This document shows positions 22,372-34,700 of a stretch of DNA of 64,000 nt, in pieces (the stretch's first letter is position 1; each line of letters opens with the position of its first letter). The notes beneath the pieces are model-generated. The model was not told where the DNA came from. It made no database searches and saw nothing but the letters and a program-made list of their open reading frames with translations. A program made the position numbers and the translations under genes. This DNA comes from Eukaryota sp. TZLM1-RC. Lineage: Eukaryota > Protista > Metamonada: BaSk clade. Where the stretch lies: contig JAUPSS010000008.1 in assembly GCA_040285825.1 (NCBI GenBank), positions 1,178,001 to 1,242,000 on the forward strand, read 5' to 3'.

Positions 22372-25064
22372 ATGACTGACGTGTCACCCCCATCACCTCA
22401 TCGGGACGAAGTTCCAGAAGAAAGTAAAGACATTGCTGCAGAGGCTCGTTTTGCTGAGGAAGTAGACAAGGCCTTCTCTACCTCTCTAGCACATGTACAA
22501 GACGCCTGTCCAGTTTATATATGTGGGGAAGATGCAAATCATGGTTATCCCATTCTTGTCATTGACCTGAGTCGCTGTGAATGCACTCCAGATGACCTCT
22601 TCTTATATCTGCTGCGTCAAGTGTCTGCCATTTCTCACAGGCAGTATGCTATTTTACTTCTCAATAGCGACTCTATGTCTGGAATTCGGTTATCCCATGC
22701 TGAACTCAAGGGCTTCTACCAATCCCTTCCCCGTTCAGTCAAGAAGTCCATTGTCAAACTCTTTGTTCTTCGTCCCTCTTTCTTCTCACGGTTTGTGATG
22801 TTCTTCCTACGTCCTTTTGTGAGTTCCAAGTTCCTCCAAAAGTACCACCCTGTTATGCAGCTTCATCACCTTGATGAATTCCTCTCTCCTGCAAGACTCC
22901 AATTGCCATTATCTACGTTACAATCCATTGCAGGAAGTTCACCCTCTGCTGTGTTTGTAGCTATGCCTGATGACATTCCCCCTGAAAGACTCGCTCTTGT
23001 TCCAGAACTTCCTGTCCTCAAGGCTTATCCACCAGAGGGCACTGCTGTCCACCCTTCTTTACTAGTTTGTTTTGAAAGGATAGTTAGGGCAGAGTCGTTA
23101 AGGACTGAGTTTTTGTTTAGGTCGTCTCATGCTCCTGAATTGGTTGATTCTGCTATTCTGTGGCTTTCTCTCCATTCAGGAGAACCCATTCCTTCAAGGT
23201 TTTCTCCTACTTTGGTAGCATCTGTTACTAAAAAGATAATCGCAAACTTGCCTTTCTCATTAGTTCGGTTAGAATCTGAGTCTGATTTAGTAGAGTTGAC
23301 TGAGCTTTTGGAAGAGGAGAATGAGTTGATATCTAAGATTTCTAATTATGTCGAACCTGTGGCATCTGGGACACTGGGGGCGTTTTTAACTGTCTTGGCG
23401 GAAGTTGAAAGGTTCCGTGATTGCAATCAAATGACCTTTTCTGATCTTGCTTTTTGTGTAGCTACCCTAATAATACCTCCGCCTTCAGGTGGACAATTAA
23501 CCAAGGCTCATGTCAATAAGGCCAAGGATATAGTTTTGGTTTTGCTCACAAGGCACATTGAAGTGCTGCAAGTTCTTGGTGTTCAGGTAGCAGTTCTGGA
23601 TGGTAACTTTTTGGTCAAAGCCAGTGAAGAGGAGATTTCGATTCCACATGAAGTGTTAGTGTCAAAGAGTCCTGGCTTGGGGGATGTTCATGAGGAAAAT
23701 GTTACCACAGTTCATAAGGTATCTGAGGAACATGGCAAGGAGGAGCAGCTTAGTTTCAGTCAGTTGAAGGACATTATGCAAAGGAAGCTTGATGAGGAAC
23801 CAAAAGCTACTGAAAATGAGGTAATTGAAGAAGAAAACCCCTCTGAAGAACCTTCAATTGTAGAAGAGGAACCAAAGTCTATTGAAAATGAGGTAATTGA
23901 AGAACAAAAACCCTCTAAAGAACCTTCAATTGTAGAAGAGGAACCAAAGACTATTGAAAATGAGGTAATTGAAGAAGAAAACCCCTCTGAAGAACCTTCA
24001 ATTGTAGAAGAGGAACCAAAGACTATTGAAAATGAGGTAATTGAAGAACAAAAACCCTCTGAAGAACCTTCAATTGTAGAAGAGGATCCAAAGACTATTG
24101 AAAATGAGGTAATTGAAGAACAAAAACCCTCTGAAGAACCTTCAATTGTAGAAGAGGATCCAAAGACTATTGAAAATGAGGTAATTGAAGAACAAAAACC
24201 CTCTGAAGAACCTTCAATTGTAGAAGAGGAACCAAAAACTACTGAAAATGAGGTAATTGAAGAACAAAAACCCTCTGAAGAACCTTCAATTGTAGAAGAG
24301 GAACCAAAAACTACTGAAAATGAGGTAATTGAAGAACAAAAACCCTCTGAAGAACCTTCAATTGTAGAAGACGATCCAAAGACTATTGAAAATGAGGTAA
24401 TTGAAGAACAAAAACCCTCTGAAGAACCTTCAATTGTAGAAGACGATCCAAAGACTATTGAAAATGAGGTAATTGAAGAACAAAACCCTCTGAAGAACCT
24501 TCAATTGTAGAAGAGGATCCAAAGACTATTGAAAATGAGGTAATTGAAGAACAAAAACCCTCTGAAGAACCTTCAATTGTAGAAGAGGATCCAAAGACTA
24601 TTGAAAATGAGGTAATTGAAGAACAAAAACCCTCTGAAGAACCTTCAATTGTAGAAGAGGATCCAAAGACTATTGAAAATGAGGTAATTGAAGAACAAAA
24701 ACCCTCTGAAGAACCTTCAATTGTAGAAGAGGATCCAAAGACTATTGAAAATGAGGTAATTGAAGAACAAAAACCCTCTGAAGAACCTTCAATTGTAGAA
24801 GAGGATCCAAAGACTACTGAAAAGGAAGAGGATACTACTGTTTCGGATAGCGATTCTTCTTATAGCACAACTGAGGATGAGTATCAAGGATCTGAACATA
24901 CAAAATCTGATGTGGAAAAAGAAGATAACAACAGTGAAAAAGCACCCAATCTGCCTGCTGTACCAAGAGATACCATTCCAAAACCATCTGCTAATAGAGG
25001 CGGTGGTAATAGGGGTCGGGGTAAAAATAGAAAAAGGAGGGGAAAAGGTAAAGGTAGAAGATAG
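22372..25064 (+). CDS. Sec14/BCH (CRAL-TRIO-like) + RhoGAP protein with acidic 22-aa repeat tail; frameshift near 24481
   Basis: LPRSVKKSIVKLFVLRPSFF..FVSSKF (BCH domain); LRTEFLFR..NQMT..LA (RhoGAP). The shifted frame continues to a Gly/Arg/Lys-rich end and TAG at 25064. Confidence 0.8.
23794..24822 (+). repeat. 66-bp coding tandem repeat, ~15.5 units (EEEPKTIENEVIEEQKPSEEPS-type)
   Basis: Directly visible near-identical units. Confidence 0.97.
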
Positions 25065-25640
25065 GTCATTAGAGGTTGTGATTCTTTGACTTTAGCTTTT
25101 CTTATGTAAAATGCATTTATTTTGTTTTTGTTTACGCTTATCTAATAACATTACTTAATGTTTCGAATAATGTTTGATTATTAAACAACAGTTTAGCGAG
25201 CAAACAAGTATGATGTTGTTGTGTTTGCTTACCAAACTGTGTTATACTACATACCAAACTGTGTTATACTACAACTTGAAGACTTTCTAGTTTTAGTAGC
25301 TGATTCTAATTGATGACAATGTTACTGAAAAATTGAGTTAAAAATGTTGCTGATTACTATTTGCGCGGACCCACTTTTAGCAAGTAGATTCAGAACCGCG
25401 TCAACATGAGGTACATCAAGATAGATACCCTATTTCTTGTCATAATCGAGAAACAACATCATATGGTGCTGTGGACGAGGTTTGAGTGAAATCTCCCAAC
25501 TCCGATTCAAGTTGAATCACTAAGTTGAATTACTTGATGATTGAGATAAAAAGAAAATCTTTCACTTCTCAAAAACTCAGTCCCTCTGCATTGGTGTAAA
25601 AAGGACACTTATTTCATTGTTATAGACAATATCTATAAGA

Positions 25641-28418
25641 ATGACATGGACCCCCAATGCTGACGGAATAGCCTCTTTGACCACTCTTTTACAACGATCC
25701 TCAACTCCCGACGAACAGGTTCAGCGCGACTTACACCAACAGCTTCAACACTTCACCCAAACTGTACCTGATTTTACGTGCTATCTTTCTCACTTACTAG
25801 CCCACTCTACTGATCTAGATATATCTGTTCGTCAGACTGCAGGTCTTGTTCTAAGAGGTACTTTGGCATCGACTGTTAATCAGATACACAACTCTGTTTT
25901 TCTCTCTTTTCTTTGTTCTTCATTGATACAAACATTATCTGCTGATAATCCCATTTTACGAGATGTAGCCGCCTCCTGTATCTCCTCCCTTTTCCAACAT
26001 CCGCAACTCAGATCGAATCTTCTCAACTATCTGGTCCATTCTCTTCAAGGGGAGAATGGCATGAACTCCTGTTATGGGTCACTTTTATCCATCCGAAGAA
26101 TCTCAGAGGATCACCCTTCCCTAATTAATCCTCTCATTACCCCCAACTTAATTCTTCCTCTTTTATCAATGCTTTCGTGCGACACTGTGATGCTTAAGTT
26201 ACTTTCTCTTGATACTCTCAACTGGATGTTTGCTTTTTCTCCTCTTAACCAGTGCATTCGTTCAGAAGCCTGTTCTATCATTGACAAGGTTGTCAACCTG
26301 CTCTCAGATGGGGAAGGCTCTATTCGATTAGCTAGTGTCAAGTTGATTTTATCTATAGTTGAAACTCATCCAATGTACGTTGAGTCATTTGTTGAAGGTC
26401 TTTTATCAGCATTAGTTGTTTTAATTCAACATGATGCTGAAGAAGTTGTAAAGGTAGCTGCTGATGTTGTTAACTGTTTATGTCGATTTCCTGACATTTC
26501 TGAACAGTTTCTGATTGGTCACTGCACATCAATAGTGCCCGCACTTTTCAAACACATCCCCTACTCTGAAATGGAAGCAAGTTCTGCATTGGAGAGGTGT
26601 ACGGAAGGGATTGGAGTAGCTGATGATGAAAGCAAGGTGGCTTATGAGTTAATCACTGGTGTGTCCATGGATGATCAGGATGAGGAAGGGTTTTACACAA
26701 CAAGGAGCGCTTGTTGTAAAGCTTTGGATATCCTCGCAAGTGTGTGTGGTGAAGAAGTTATTGGTCCTTTATTACCTGCTTTTAATGAGCTGATGACGTC
26801 ATCTGATTGGAGGAAAAAGGAAGGTGCTGTGCTGGCCCTGGGAGCAGTGATTCCAGGTGCTGCACACGGGTTTAAAACTCAGGTACAGCAGCTGAGCGTT
26901 TATTTATTGGGTTTAATTAATGGTAAAGAAGAATTTCCTGTAAAGACAATGTCGTTGTGGACATTGGGCAGGTTGTTGCCATTGATCCCTGCTTGTCACC
27001 CTGACAACTTCACTGAAATATTGGGATCAGCTTATAATTCATTTATTTCAATTTTAAACAATTCAAACTCTAAAGAATTAATAAGAGGTGCCGCTACCGC
27101 TCTCAGTACGTTTGTTAGGGTTGTCACTAGAAACAGTGCTTTGGTTGAAGTGGGGGATCTCATTAGGTTAATTATTGATTCATCTATTTCCTGTTCAAGA
27201 AGGTCGATGGCTTCAATCAAACCCCAGACCACTATTTTCTATTTATGGAATATAATCAGCGAGGAACTTGGTTCAAGTTGTTTTGATGATCTGAAACGAT
27301 CAGAATTGTCAATCAAATTAATTGATTATTTGATTGAACTGCCCACTTCCTCTTCTGTCCTGACTGCTGCTGTTTTTGATTGTCTTTGCAATGTTTTATT
27401 AGTTTCTACACAGTCAACAAGAGTCAAGGAGAACATTATTTATGACCGACTAAAAACTGTTATTACAAATGCAATGAACCTTTACATGTCTGGCAAGGAC
27501 CTTCCTGTTTCGGTATTTAACTCTCTGGCTATTTTTATTGATTGTTTCTCTTCGCTAGTTCGACAAGCTTCGTTAAAGCTAATTAACAATTGTTTAGGCG
27601 AAATTCTGGACATGGCGGTTGCTATTTTAAAATCATTTCCCAGTAAATCTGTGGATGTCCTCACAGTAAAAGCTAGCGTTTTTGCTTTAATTGGGGATGT
27701 TTTGGGGAGAATAAGGGACAAAATCGATGAAATTAGTTTAGGCAATGTATTATTACCAAAGTTTTCTTTTCTTTTGAACATCTCTGCTGAAACTCTTACC
27801 ACTGTGAGTTCTTCATTACTTACTGATGAGGAAGAAGCACTTGATTTTTACAGATGTGGAGTAAATTCGATATGCGTATTGGTCTTCTTTATTGATGTTT
27901 ATTTTGTTTTAACCAAATCTCACCATTTATCTTCATTTGGCGAGGAGATTAAAAACTTGGTCAATCCATTGACCTCGTCGTTAGTTACTTCACTCAATAA
28001 CTATTTTATTTCGGACACGGCTACTCGTTCAGACCGGCATTACTCATCTATATTACTAGCAAGACTTATTGAATTTAATCCTTATTACTTTATCCAACAA
28101 CACCCTTCTATTGTTACCAATTGGATAGGCAATGTTGGTTCAATTGAGGTCACTGAGGAACTGAAAAGAGCTCACAATGCTGGACTGGGACTGGTTAGGT
28201 TTGTAGTACATTGCTGTCAAGGTGGAGCCTGTAATGTTCAAGATTCTGAATTTAAACTAATTTTAAAAACTTTCACTATCAAATTCGTTCCTTCAATACT
28301 ATCTCTTGTGAGAAATACAGGTGTTAATAAGAACGAACTGATTCATTTGGTTAACGTGTTGGTGGATGCTTCTCAGCTTTCCATGGTTGATAAAGAACGA
28401 TTATTGGGGATGATATAG
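25641..28418 (+). CDS. TNPO1: transportin / importin-beta2 family karyopherin
   Basis: MTWTP N-terminus, VRQTAGLVLR, acidic loop followed by TTRSACCKALDILA, DWRKKEGAVLALGAV, WTLGR. Confidence 0.85.
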   Translation: MTWTPNADGIASLTTLLQRSSTPDEQVQRDLHQQLQHFTQTVPDFTCYLSHLLAHSTDLDISVRQTAGLVLRGTLASTVNQIHNSVFLSFLCSSLIQTLSADNPILRDVAASCISSLFQHPQLRSNLLNYLVHSLQGENGMNSCYGSLLSIRRISEDHPSLINPLITPNLILPLLSMLSCDTVMLKLLSLDTLNWMFAFSPLNQCIRSEACSIIDKVVNLLSDGEGSIRLASVKLILSIVETHPMYVESFVEGLLSALVVLIQHDAEEVVKVAADVVNCLCRFPDISEQFLIGHCTSIVPALFKHIPYSEMEASSALERCTEGIGVADDESKVAYELITGVSMDDQDEEGFYTTRSACCKALDILASVCGEEVIGPLLPAFNELMTSSDWRKKEGAVLALGAVIPGAAHGFKTQVQQLSVYLLGLINGKEEFPVKTMSLWTLGRLLPLIPACHPDNFTEILGSAYNSFISILNNSNSKELIRGAATALSTFVRVVTRNSALVEVGDLIRLIIDSSISCSRRSMASIKPQTTIFYLWNIISEELGSSCFDDLKRSELSIKLIDYLIELPTSSSVLTAAVFDCLCNVLLVSTQSTRVKENIIYDRLKTVITNAMNLYMSGKDLPVSVFNSLAIFIDCFSSLVRQASLKLINNCLGEILDMAVAILKSFPSKSVDVLTVKASVFALIGDVLGRIRDKIDEISLGNVLLPKFSFLLNISAETLTTVSSSLLTDEEEALDFYRCGVNSICVLVFFIDVYFVLTKSHHLSSFGEEIKNLVNPLTSSLVTSLNNYFISDTATRSDRHYSSILLARLIEFNPYYFIQQHPSIVTNWIGNVGSIEVTEELKRAHNAGLGLVRFVVHCCQGGACNVQDSEFKLILKTFTIKFVPSILSLVRNTGVNKNELIHLVNVLVDASQLSMVDKERLLGMI

Positions 28419-28732
28419 ATTTTAATTTTAATTTTCTATTAAGTTAGACAGTTTACTTTCTATATAGCTGATTTTGTCGTTTTTCAATTATTATTTACTT
28501 TTATTGGGTTGTTTTAACGTTTAAAATAAATGTTTTGTGTTTACGATTTTCACTCGATGTTATAAGGAGACAGATCTCATCTATATACCTTCTTGGAACA
28601 GCTCAGCAACATCCCCCACTGATTTTTTGAGCATGCAGTTGGATGTTTTATTTAAATGTTATAGAATGACTTGAGTCAAGACCAGTGTCAATTTACAAAT
28701 TGTTTTTGAAAGAATCAATCAATCAACCACAC

Positions 28733-31700
28733 ATGCTAACGACACAGTTCTTGGAGAAACTTGCTCTCCAAGAAGATGTTGCGACATTTGTCACCACTCT
28801 GAATCCTCAGTCTGAAGAATATTTCTTTGCTAAATTGCTGCTCTTACAGTCAACGGACCATCCTACCAATGAAGAGTCTGAATTACTTTCACAGTTTGAA
28901 TCATTACATCCGACCAGCGAGGAGCTAGATACTGTTAGGATTCGCTATCTTTTTCGATCCCTGGACGATGCTTCTCTCGATGATCCTTCTCAACGTTTCA
29001 CAATCCTGTTACAACTCGCGAAATTGTTATCCATTGATGATGTCTTCACTTCCAAACATGTTCAGTCCTCGTTAGAATTACTTCCCTCAACCCTAGATCC
29101 TTCACTTTACAGCGTTCAGGAACTGGTAGCATCTAATTCTACAACTCGTATCACACAGCTCTCCACTGCTGCATACCCCCTCATCAATGCTGATTCTGTC
29201 ATTCATTCTGATATTCCACAAGATGACCTAGTTAGATTCATCACAGGTGTGCCTTGTTTTGTTACTTTCCCCAACCTTTTCCCTATTGTGAGGCATTTGC
29301 TCAATAAAAAAGGCAAGAATTGGTACAAGAAGCTGAACTTAAGAAAGAAACTTGACCGAGATCAATTACTGATTTTAAACGCCGAGTTGAAAGATCTTAT
29401 TTTAGTTGAACAATTTTTTTCTGATTTAATTACTTCTTTAATTCCTTCTGATGAGCACATTTCTGTTCATTCTTTAAAATCATTTTATTTGGAAGTTTGG
29501 GAGGTCATTCATGAACTATCTTTCACTGTTTTCCCGGCGTTTGTTTGTCAGTTTTTCTCTACACTATTGTCATTTTTCATTGAGATCAACCACTTTAATG
29601 AAGAAATGTTTATGTTTTACCTCGAAAAAACTAAGAATTGCCAAAGTATTGGTTATGAAATAACTTCTTCTCTTCCTGAGCAAATTCTTCCTTCCCAGGT
29701 GTTAAGTCGAGAAGAAATTATTTGGAAATTATTAATTGAATTATTCAAGGAAGAACGACCTCTTCATCCTTTCAATTGTTTAGTTGAAGAGACTATGTTC
29801 AAAAGAGCTGTTCTATTCACAAAAATGGTTCACAATTCAAGTGATTTTCAAGAATTTCAACAATCCTGTGATTCTAGTCTTGTCAATTCAGTCATTGAAA
29901 TGAAAGTTGTTACAATTGATGCTACGCCACAATATTTGATTGATCCTAGTTCGTCTGACAAGCTTTCGGTTAATATTTCCCTTAAAAATGTTGAGCAAGC
30001 TTCTTTGAACATTTTTATTATCGATACTGAATGCTATTATCAGCAAAATGTTCAATCAATCAATAATTCAATCAAATTAGACGGTTTTAAACCTAATTAC
30101 GTCATTACTTTACCATCGGTACCACCTTCTCAATTGACCAACACTGTAATTGACCTTCCCGACTCCCATACACGTGGAGTCTTTGTCGTTGAACTAGTTG
30201 CAGATGACATGAGATCCAGAACTGTTGTTTCAAAGGGAAGATGTCATGTGGTGGAGAAGGTTTTGGCTTGTGGACATTACTTCAAATTATTTGACGATAA
30301 AGGAGCAGCTGTAGAAAGTTTCAAAGTTAGCTTGGGAATAGGTTCAGATCGTATGGAAAAGCAAAGTGAGAATGGTCATGTTTTGCTTCCTCTCTTGTCA
30401 TCAGAATCGAAGTGTACTACCCAAACTGTAGTTTTTACTCTCAGTGATGGTTACTCTTTTCCTCATTCTTTTGAACGGGCAGTAGAGGCTTGGAGGTTTA
30501 GCTGTTGTTTTTCTCCTTTGGCTGAGTTAATAAAACCAGGAAAGCAAGTAGAAATTCCTTTCAGAACCACGTTGTTCAGCTGTAATGATATTCCATGTGA
30601 GATCAAAAACCTTCAAAATTTCACCATTGTAGCTACGTTGTTACAATCTGACGAGAGGAGATCAGTGGAAGTGTTTTCAAATATTGAGCTTTTTGACTGT
30701 GGTGTGGGGTTGGTCAAATTAAACATTCCTGATGATTTAAAATCAATCAATTTTAATTGTTCTGCTCGTGTTCAATCAGTACTAAACCCATCAGTTTGGT
30801 TTGATTTAAACGACTCTTTCTGTTATAACATCAGTGCTCGTGACGAGAATCACTATATTTCAAATCCTTTTCTAAGATTAAACGAAGATTCTTCATTTTC
30901 CATTCAATTACTTGGACTGAATGGCGAAGTTGTTCCAAACTCTAAAATAGAGCTTGAACTCTTTCCTTTTGTAATGATGGATTCTTTAAAGTTTCATTTA
31001 CAATCCAATGAACAAGGAATGGTTGATTTGGGGTCTTTGAAGGGAATTTCTTCTATGAAAGTGTCAAGTCTGTCAAATGAATTTGAATCACGACAGTATG
31101 ATCTAACCCTGAGTTCCTATAGGATTAATACAGACCAACCATTTTGTTTTTCCACCATTGATTCCATTAGATTTCCCCTCCCTAAAGCCAATTTCTACGA
31201 TTGTACCCTTGTTTCTTTTCCTTTTGAATACCAAACTCCTCATTTGGTCAAAAATCAGATTAAACCATCAAATAATTCGATAATTGAGCTTGACACGTTA
31301 CCTGTAGGTAAGTATAAACTTTACTGTTCGGGAAATGGAATTCTTGAAGATTTTGTTTTTAATTTTGTGATTTCAGGTACATTAGATCAAGGTTTTGCGT
31401 GCTCGCCTTATAGGATTTTTGAACATAATGTTCCTAATCTTTTCTTTCTTTCAAGTGAGGTTTTTGCTGATGAAGTTTCACTTTCAATCAAAGGTCTTGA
31501 TGATTCTTGCAGACTTCATGTCATTAAATCTCATTTTATTCAAAATTTTTCTTGCAAAGTTTTTGACCCTATTCCTTCCACTTCAGCTTTTGCCTCTAAA
31601 CACAATGGTCCTTTTGATCATTGTACCCAAACCAAACTGAGTAAGGAAGCCCAGTATGTTTTGCTCAGACAGTCTCAACCTCATAGGATTGGGGTCACTG

Positions 31701-34700
31701 CTCCGCCGCCATCTATGCTAACTGTACCAGAAAGGTGCTCTCAAGTTGTTCCTTTTCCCCGCTCAACAAACTCCTTACATGTAGAAGGGGAGGACATGAA
31801 GGAAGGGAAGATTGCAACATGTAAATCAACCTCCAACCTGTCGGTAACTGCCAGGTCATCATTGGTTGGATCAAAATCAAGCAATAATCAGAATTTTATA
31901 ATGGATTTTGTTTGTGCAGATTTGGATTCAACTTTTAATTTGGACATTGAATCTGATCATTCAATCAAAATCCCTCTTGATGACCAAGTTTCTGTTTACA
32001 CAATCGTTGTTCAATCCATCACGTGTACTATGGTTTTCACGTATGGCCAAACACCTAAAATTTTACCAAGTCGAGATGTTTTTGTTTCACCAAAAGTTGT
32101 AATGAACAAAGATCAAAATTTTGTACAAAATGAAGGATGTAAATTTTTGAACACTGGAGAAGAGATCAATGTAGAGGGTCACCAATTTGCTGTGGTTAGC
32201 TCAATATCTCAACTTTTTGACCTTTGTGGTGCACTTTGCCCTAATATTAAACTAGACGAATTTTTCTTTATGAAAAATTGGAATAACTTCTCTTTTGATC
32301 AAAAATGCGAAAAATTCAGTAAATACTGCTCCAATGAACTTTGTCTTTTCATCAAACTTAAAGATCTTGAATTTTTCAACTCTGTGGTCAAGGATTATAT
32401 CCAAAATAGATTGGAATTTTCTTTTATTGACGATTATCTCTTGGATAATGATTTATCTCCTTATGCTCAGTTTCCATTCTCTACTCTCAATCCTTTAGAA
32501 AAAGTTTTATTAGTAACCTGGCTCAAGAAAAATAACGATATTGCCGGCGCATCAGCCATAAATCGTCAGCTTCAAGAAGATTCTGGCTTTTTTGAACCAC
32601 CAATTTCTTTTGTGTCACGATGGATCCAAACTGCCATATCTACTAACAAAGTCGAAGAGCCGTCCAGTAGTGATGGTGAATCAGATGGCGAACTTATGGA
32701 AGAACCACCTGAAAGCCTGCTAAGGGAAGAGGAGTCTTTTAAGGCTTTTGAGGCGCTTGATCTTGATGAAATGGAAGCTGATTTGGATGGTCTTGGTTCT
32801 GTGCAATCTTGTTCACTTACAATGCCTGCAAAAGGAATGAAAAAAGCAACGTCGAGATCCAAGAAGAAAACCAGAAGGCAAACCCCTCCCAAAGTCTTTG
32901 GTGCAGGAATGGCTCCTCCACCCCCCGCTCCCCCTGCTCCAATGTACATTCCCTCTGAAACAACCAAGGAATACGTGGAACAAAGGTACTGGAACTTAGA
33001 TGATGGCGATTGCAATTTTATAGATCAATACTCCAAATTTTTGGCGGATTTGTCATCTCATCTGTTGACTAATGAAGATCTGAAAGGCTTTGTTTCCGAA
33101 AATTTTGTACATCTTGCATCAAAACCTTCCTTGAATATGATTTTGTTGGCAATTTCGCTAATGGATCTGTCATTAGTACCATCAACTGAAAGGGCTTTTG
33201 AACTTCGAAAGAACCAATTAGGGACATCCTTGACGGCCAATCAACCTTTAATGGTTTTCTACTCGGGAGTACAACCTTCTACGGTTCCCTTTTCACCTTC
33301 TGCAATGGTTGCAATGGCATTTTTGGATCCAATTTCAGTGAATGATCAAGGAGAAATTGCTGAAGTTTTTGAGTTTGTTTCCAGAAAAGTTTTTTGTTGC
33401 GAAGTTTCAGTTATTTCTCTGGTCAATCATAGTCAAGATGTTGACGTAATCTATCAATTTCCAGTCGGTAGTATTCCTCTTTCCACAAGCAACTCTATTG
33501 TTGTTGATTCTGTCAAATTAACTGGCCACTATTCCCAGAAGTACTATTTTTACTTTCCCAAAGCCGGCACTTACACATTTTCCCCCGCCAGGGTCTCTGC
33601 CAATTCACCAATTGCTGTTGCTCAATCTCCATACAATGATTCTTTTTCCCTAAATGTTGCAAGTGAAAGCCAATCAATTGGATGGAAAGAGATTGCTTTG
33701 AAAGGAACATTGAAGCAAGTAGTGAATTACTTGGAGAATGAGATTGCAAATCTTGCTGATGATGATTTAGCATTGCTGGAGCCTCGAATGAACACAAGAG
33801 AAGATTTTGAGTGTTTGTATCAATTGTTGAAATCAAATTATCGGTTTGTCCCTTGTCTGTTCAAGTACTCCTTCAAACATGCCACCAGTGGTGAACTTGT
33901 GCCATTATATCACTATTTAGAAGGTAATGCCCCTTTCACCAGGCTAATTGGACCTTATTTCAAGTCAAAGTCGTTTCTTGTTAATGGATTTGAAGATAAA
34001 CTCTTAGAGTTGGTGGAATTGGCGGGTTTTGCTCGACAAAGGGTGTTTGAGTTTGAAGGAAATAATTATCATTTCCTACCCGAATTTGAGAAGAATTATA
34101 AGAATTTTATCAAATATTTTCTCAATTCTCCACAAAAACCTTATGATTTGCTCTTATTCAGCTACCACTTAGTAGTAAATGGAAAACTGTCTGAAGCCTC
34201 CAAATTATATGAGAAGGCTAAATGTCTAGGCCAAAACTCAACCGATTGTTTATTTGAAAATGCTTATTACCAAAAACTGTATTTAGAATGTTTTCTTTTT
34301 CTTGTGGATCCTACTATGGAAAAGGACGAGCTGAATTCTCAGTTACAGAAAGGCTTGGCGTGCCCAATTCCTCATTTAAAGAAGAATTTTATTGAAATGT
34401 ACAATCTTGTTAATCCAAAATCTGATCAATCTTATGGTGAAGAGCTCGGTGATGATTTAAGTTTGAAAAATTCAGTACGTCGTGAAGCTAGGCCTTCTTG
34501 TCAAGTAAAATTTGACTCGGAGCAAGGAAAATTGAATATTTCTGTGGTTAGTTGCACAAAACTCATGGTTAAGTTTTCTCAAATTGATCCAGAAGTTCTA
34601 TTTTCATCATCCCCCTTCACTGAAATGGAAGCTGATCAATCAATTCCAATCAAAACTGATTACGTAATGACCTACGATGTTGATCAATCCCAACATTATT

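Noticed and set aside
23794-24822. Regular repeat array considered as a CRISPR-like array
   Set aside because: No unique spacers; the 66-bp units are in-frame coding repeats.
25230-25272. 22-bp tandem duplication (ACCAAACTGTGTTATACTAC core); similar small duplication at 57935-57965
   Set aside because: Simple slippage duplications with no further structure.
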